Source of the DNA: Psammoneis japonica
Lineage: Eukaryota
Direction of reading: 5' to 3'
Length of the DNA stretch: 64,000 nucleotides
NCBI GenBank assembly: GCA_008632985.1
Contig: QPGO01000015.1
Coordinates: 63,998 to 127,997, forward strand
Shown: positions 61,201-64,000 of the stretch, one piece after another
Layout: every line of letters begins with the position of its first letter
How positions within the stretch are numbered: the stretch's first letter is position 1
Made by a program: the position numbers and the translations under genes
Notes under the pieces: generated by a model
The model's database searches: none
The model's input: the letters and a program-made list of their open reading frames with translations, nothing else
Told to the model about the DNA's origin: nothing

Positions 61201-64000
61201 GCCGCAGATGTCAGTGATGGTAGACTCGGTGCCAACAAACAGTTGGGCGCTGGTGCAACCAGAGTCGACGGCCGGGGTGTCGGCATGAACGGTGTCAGTG
61301 GCGACAGGCTCGTTGCGGCGGTGCACATTAAGGGCGGGGTTGGGTGATTTGCAGGCCTTCCTAAGGTGTGCACCGGCGGGCATGCGGGCGCACTGCGTGG
61401 TGCAGTCAAAAGCACAACGGACCGCATCGGCAGGTGGGAAGCCAAAGCAAGGCTGAAGAGACTCAAAGGGGGGGTCCTTGGGCTGTACAGTGCGCTCCGG
61501 AGGCGGAACGTCGTCACCCTTGGGGTCAATCGCGTGCAGATGACACTCGTAGAACACGTCGTCGTTCGGAATGAGGTGATCATCGAGGGTGGACGCGTGA
61601 TCAGCAGACAAGGAAGCAGACATGATGGTCTTGTTGACAACGACACGATGACGGTAGTTGCCGTGTTCGTCAAATGGGTTGGCAGTGGGATCGTCCTGCA
61701 GGTCAGAGATCGCGTCGCACCACTGGTCGTCGTCAGTGACAGAGTGATCGAGGACGGAAGGGTCCCATGTGTCATCACCGGTGAGGATGACATGGGGCAG
61801 GGTGTCCCATTCGGCATCAGTGTAAGGTCGCATGGCAACACAAGGCAGGCCGGCCTTGATGTCAATGGGGATGACACAGCCATCAGGAGTGGCAATGCGT
61901 TGCAAGCCGTTGGGCACCTTGACAGAGCGATCGTTGACATCCTGTTTGCACCATTCGAGCTGGCCGCAGGAATGGATGGTCTTGCCCTTGCCCGTGCATG
62001 CGCACTGATGGAGGATGGCGATGACGGGACCACGCTGGGTCTCAATGACGGCACCAGCGGTGACAACAGGGATGTCCACCAATTGATGATCGTCAATGCC
62101 CTGAACGTCAACTTGGCGAGAGGTGCGTGCAATGATGCGAACGTCGTCGCCAGCAATGCCGCTGTTGGCCCCACGATCGACTGGAGCGCCAGTGCGTGCA
62201 GAGCGATGAGCAGAGGCAGAGCAAATGACATTGTGGCTGTCAACGCGGCGGCAAGTGCGGCCGTTAAGTTCCATGTCATCTGCAGAAGCTGGCGGGGTAG
62301 AGGGAGCGGCGGATGGCCCCGGTCGACTGGCATTGGTGGCTTGGTTGGGAGACAACAGACGTTGCAGATCACCGGGTGGCAGTGGCTTGCGCTTGGTGAG
62401 GTGCGCCAGGATGGGATTATCCGAAGTGGCGTCCACATTTGGAGCGGAGTCACCAGAGTCAGCAGGAGTCGTGTTGGACAAGTTGACATCACCGTCACTC
62501 CCAAGGCGTTGGTCGTGAAGGTTGGCCGTAACAGACTCATGGCAGTTGCTGGCTCGCGGGTTGCGGGGAGGCGGACGAGAATGCTCAAGGATGATCGCCT
62601 TGGAGGAATCGGGCAACGAATCCCAGATCCGTTGGTGGTCGGGGGGGAGACGTTTCCATTGGTCACCGGCGAGGCTGGGACTGCGGGTGCAGGCAGCATT
62701 GGCCTGAAGGACGTCAATGTCGCTGTCAATGTCGTAGAACACATCGTCGGACGGTTCCTCGGAGCAGACGTCGTGTGTGTGTGTGGCGCGTCGGGGAGCT
62801 CGAGGTGTCGTCTTGGGTTAAAACGTGCTGTTGCACTGAGCTGCCGCGGAGAGGAGCAAGCCACAGCATTGATCGCATGTGAGGCTCTTGCCACTCTGCG
62901 TGCGATGCTGATCAGCTTGGTTCTTGACAGCACGGAGTTCCTCGACAGGGTGTGCGGCATTCTCGAGCATGACGCGCTTCTGTCCTTCAGAGAAGTGGTC
63001 ACTGGCCGGGATGAGTGCCTCGCACTTGCGCAACTGATCTTGCCAATGAAGGATGAACCCGTGGGTCGGACCTTTCCAAGTGCCATCACCAAGACGTGCA
63101 GTGGCAAGGTGCGTCAGCAAGGTGGATGACTCAACAGATGCGCGGGTGGAGGCGAGCGCGTGCTCAGACAAGGCGCGGCAGACGGTCTGGGCGTCAGAAG
63201 ACCCCACATTTTCGCGGATGAGAGCCTTGCCCTTGGTGAGAAGGATGCGTTCGAAGACGGCGAACATGTGCTTTTGCTGTTCAGCAAAGAGCAGTTTGTC
63301 TTCGGGGCTGGTTGGTTTGTACGACGAGTCTAGAATGCACTCGACGTCTTGGGCACGGGCTTGTGCCACAAGTGAGGTGTGCCAAGTGTGCCACTGCTTG
63401 TCGGATTTGAGAGCCGTGAAAGCGGTGGGATCACACTTGATGCCTCGCTTGAAGTCCCGCACCGGGTCGCGTGCCTTGGACGGGTTGGTGACATGCGGAG
63501 GTGCAAGGGGTGAGCTGCCGATGGACACAGAAGACATGCAGTCGGGGCTGAGGCGGCAGGCAAGGAACTCGTCATGCGTGAACAACGAGGAGTCATTGGC
63601 AACGTCAAGACCTTTGTGTGCTTTGACAATGTGCAGACTGACTAGAGCTGCTAACATGTTCTTATGACCACGGGGCAAAGGGATCACATTGGTGCCGTTG
63701 TCGCACTCAAGCGAGTCGATTTGGGACGGCATGAACGTGAACAGTTCTTGATGCGAGTCCGCACCGTCTTGGGCCAAAGCCAAACGAAGAGGGCTCCCAG
63801 CACCTTGGGCAAGCACGGTTCCAACAACGTGCTCGAAACCATCGGTTTGTTGCTGACGAGTGAGAACCATGGCAGACAAAAGTGGTGTCAGGACAAGCAA
63901 TTCTTGTTGGGAAGCGAAGGTGGGCTTGAAGCTTGGGCGAGAATGGACTTGACTTGAAACAGACTTGACTTGAAATCTTGATCTGTCTTAAAATCAGAAG
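58048..64000 (-). mobile_element. Ty1/Copia (CoDi-like) LTR retrotransposon, gag-pol plus 3' LTR, heavily TpA-mutated; 5' LTR outside the window
   Basis: gag at 62818-63900. Pol at 58204-62742 contains PR (VDRGANSG), IN (VATDTV, SEPHQQHQNFAE), RT (DIGNA, KALYGL, YVDD) and RNase H (YVDAN, GSEF, NPADILSK). Polypurine GGGGAG is followed by TGACAGG at 58256. Confidence 0.95.

Noticed and set aside
58204..62742. Alternative genetic code (TGY/CAY read as Tyr)
   Set aside because: Host genes use normal Tyr/Cys/His codons in conserved motifs; V>A and L>P changes co-occur; some Tyr remain (YVDD, ALYGL).
60996..63129. 703-aa and 587-aa overlapping ORFs as extra retroelement genes
   Set aside because: They are alternative-frame or antisense shadows of pol with no motifs, explained by missing TAA/TAG.
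58204..63900. Classical fungal RIP or simple CpG methyl-decay as the explanation
   Set aside because: RIP creates TpA and stop codons; here TpA is lost, frames stay open and CpG is abundant.
58204..63900. ADAR-type editing of the retroelement RNA as the sole cause
   Set aside because: One round would give A>G on the sense strand only. Both TA>TG and TA>CA occur, and the apparently non-retro palindrome shows it too. Not fully excluded for the Copia elements.

Overview
Eukaryotic, intron-containing, gene-dense window, most consistent with a pennate diatom nuclear genome (CoDi-like Copia elements, diatom-type P4H/ankyrin and PPR genes; inference). About 22 ordinary host genes are interleaved with five repeat-derived blocks: Copia elements at 1-4154 and ~58050-64000, a 5.0-kb palindrome at 17895-22891, and TG/CA-rich islands at ~44305-46260 and ~57085-58045. 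The main finding is that these repeats, but not the host genes, are depleted of TpA (moderately in the first Copia element, strongly in the others), which has been converted to TpG or CpA on both strands. In Copia Pol, conserved Tyr codons have become Cys or His, Val has become Ala and Leu has become Pro. The two palindrome arms differ at mirror positions largely by TA versus TG/CA. This looks like a repeat-targeted A:T>G:C hypermutation process, opposite in direction to fungal RIP. It appears separable from CpG decay, because the Copia elements keep their CpGs while the islands have lost both dinucleotides. All dinucleotide statements are by eye and need counting.
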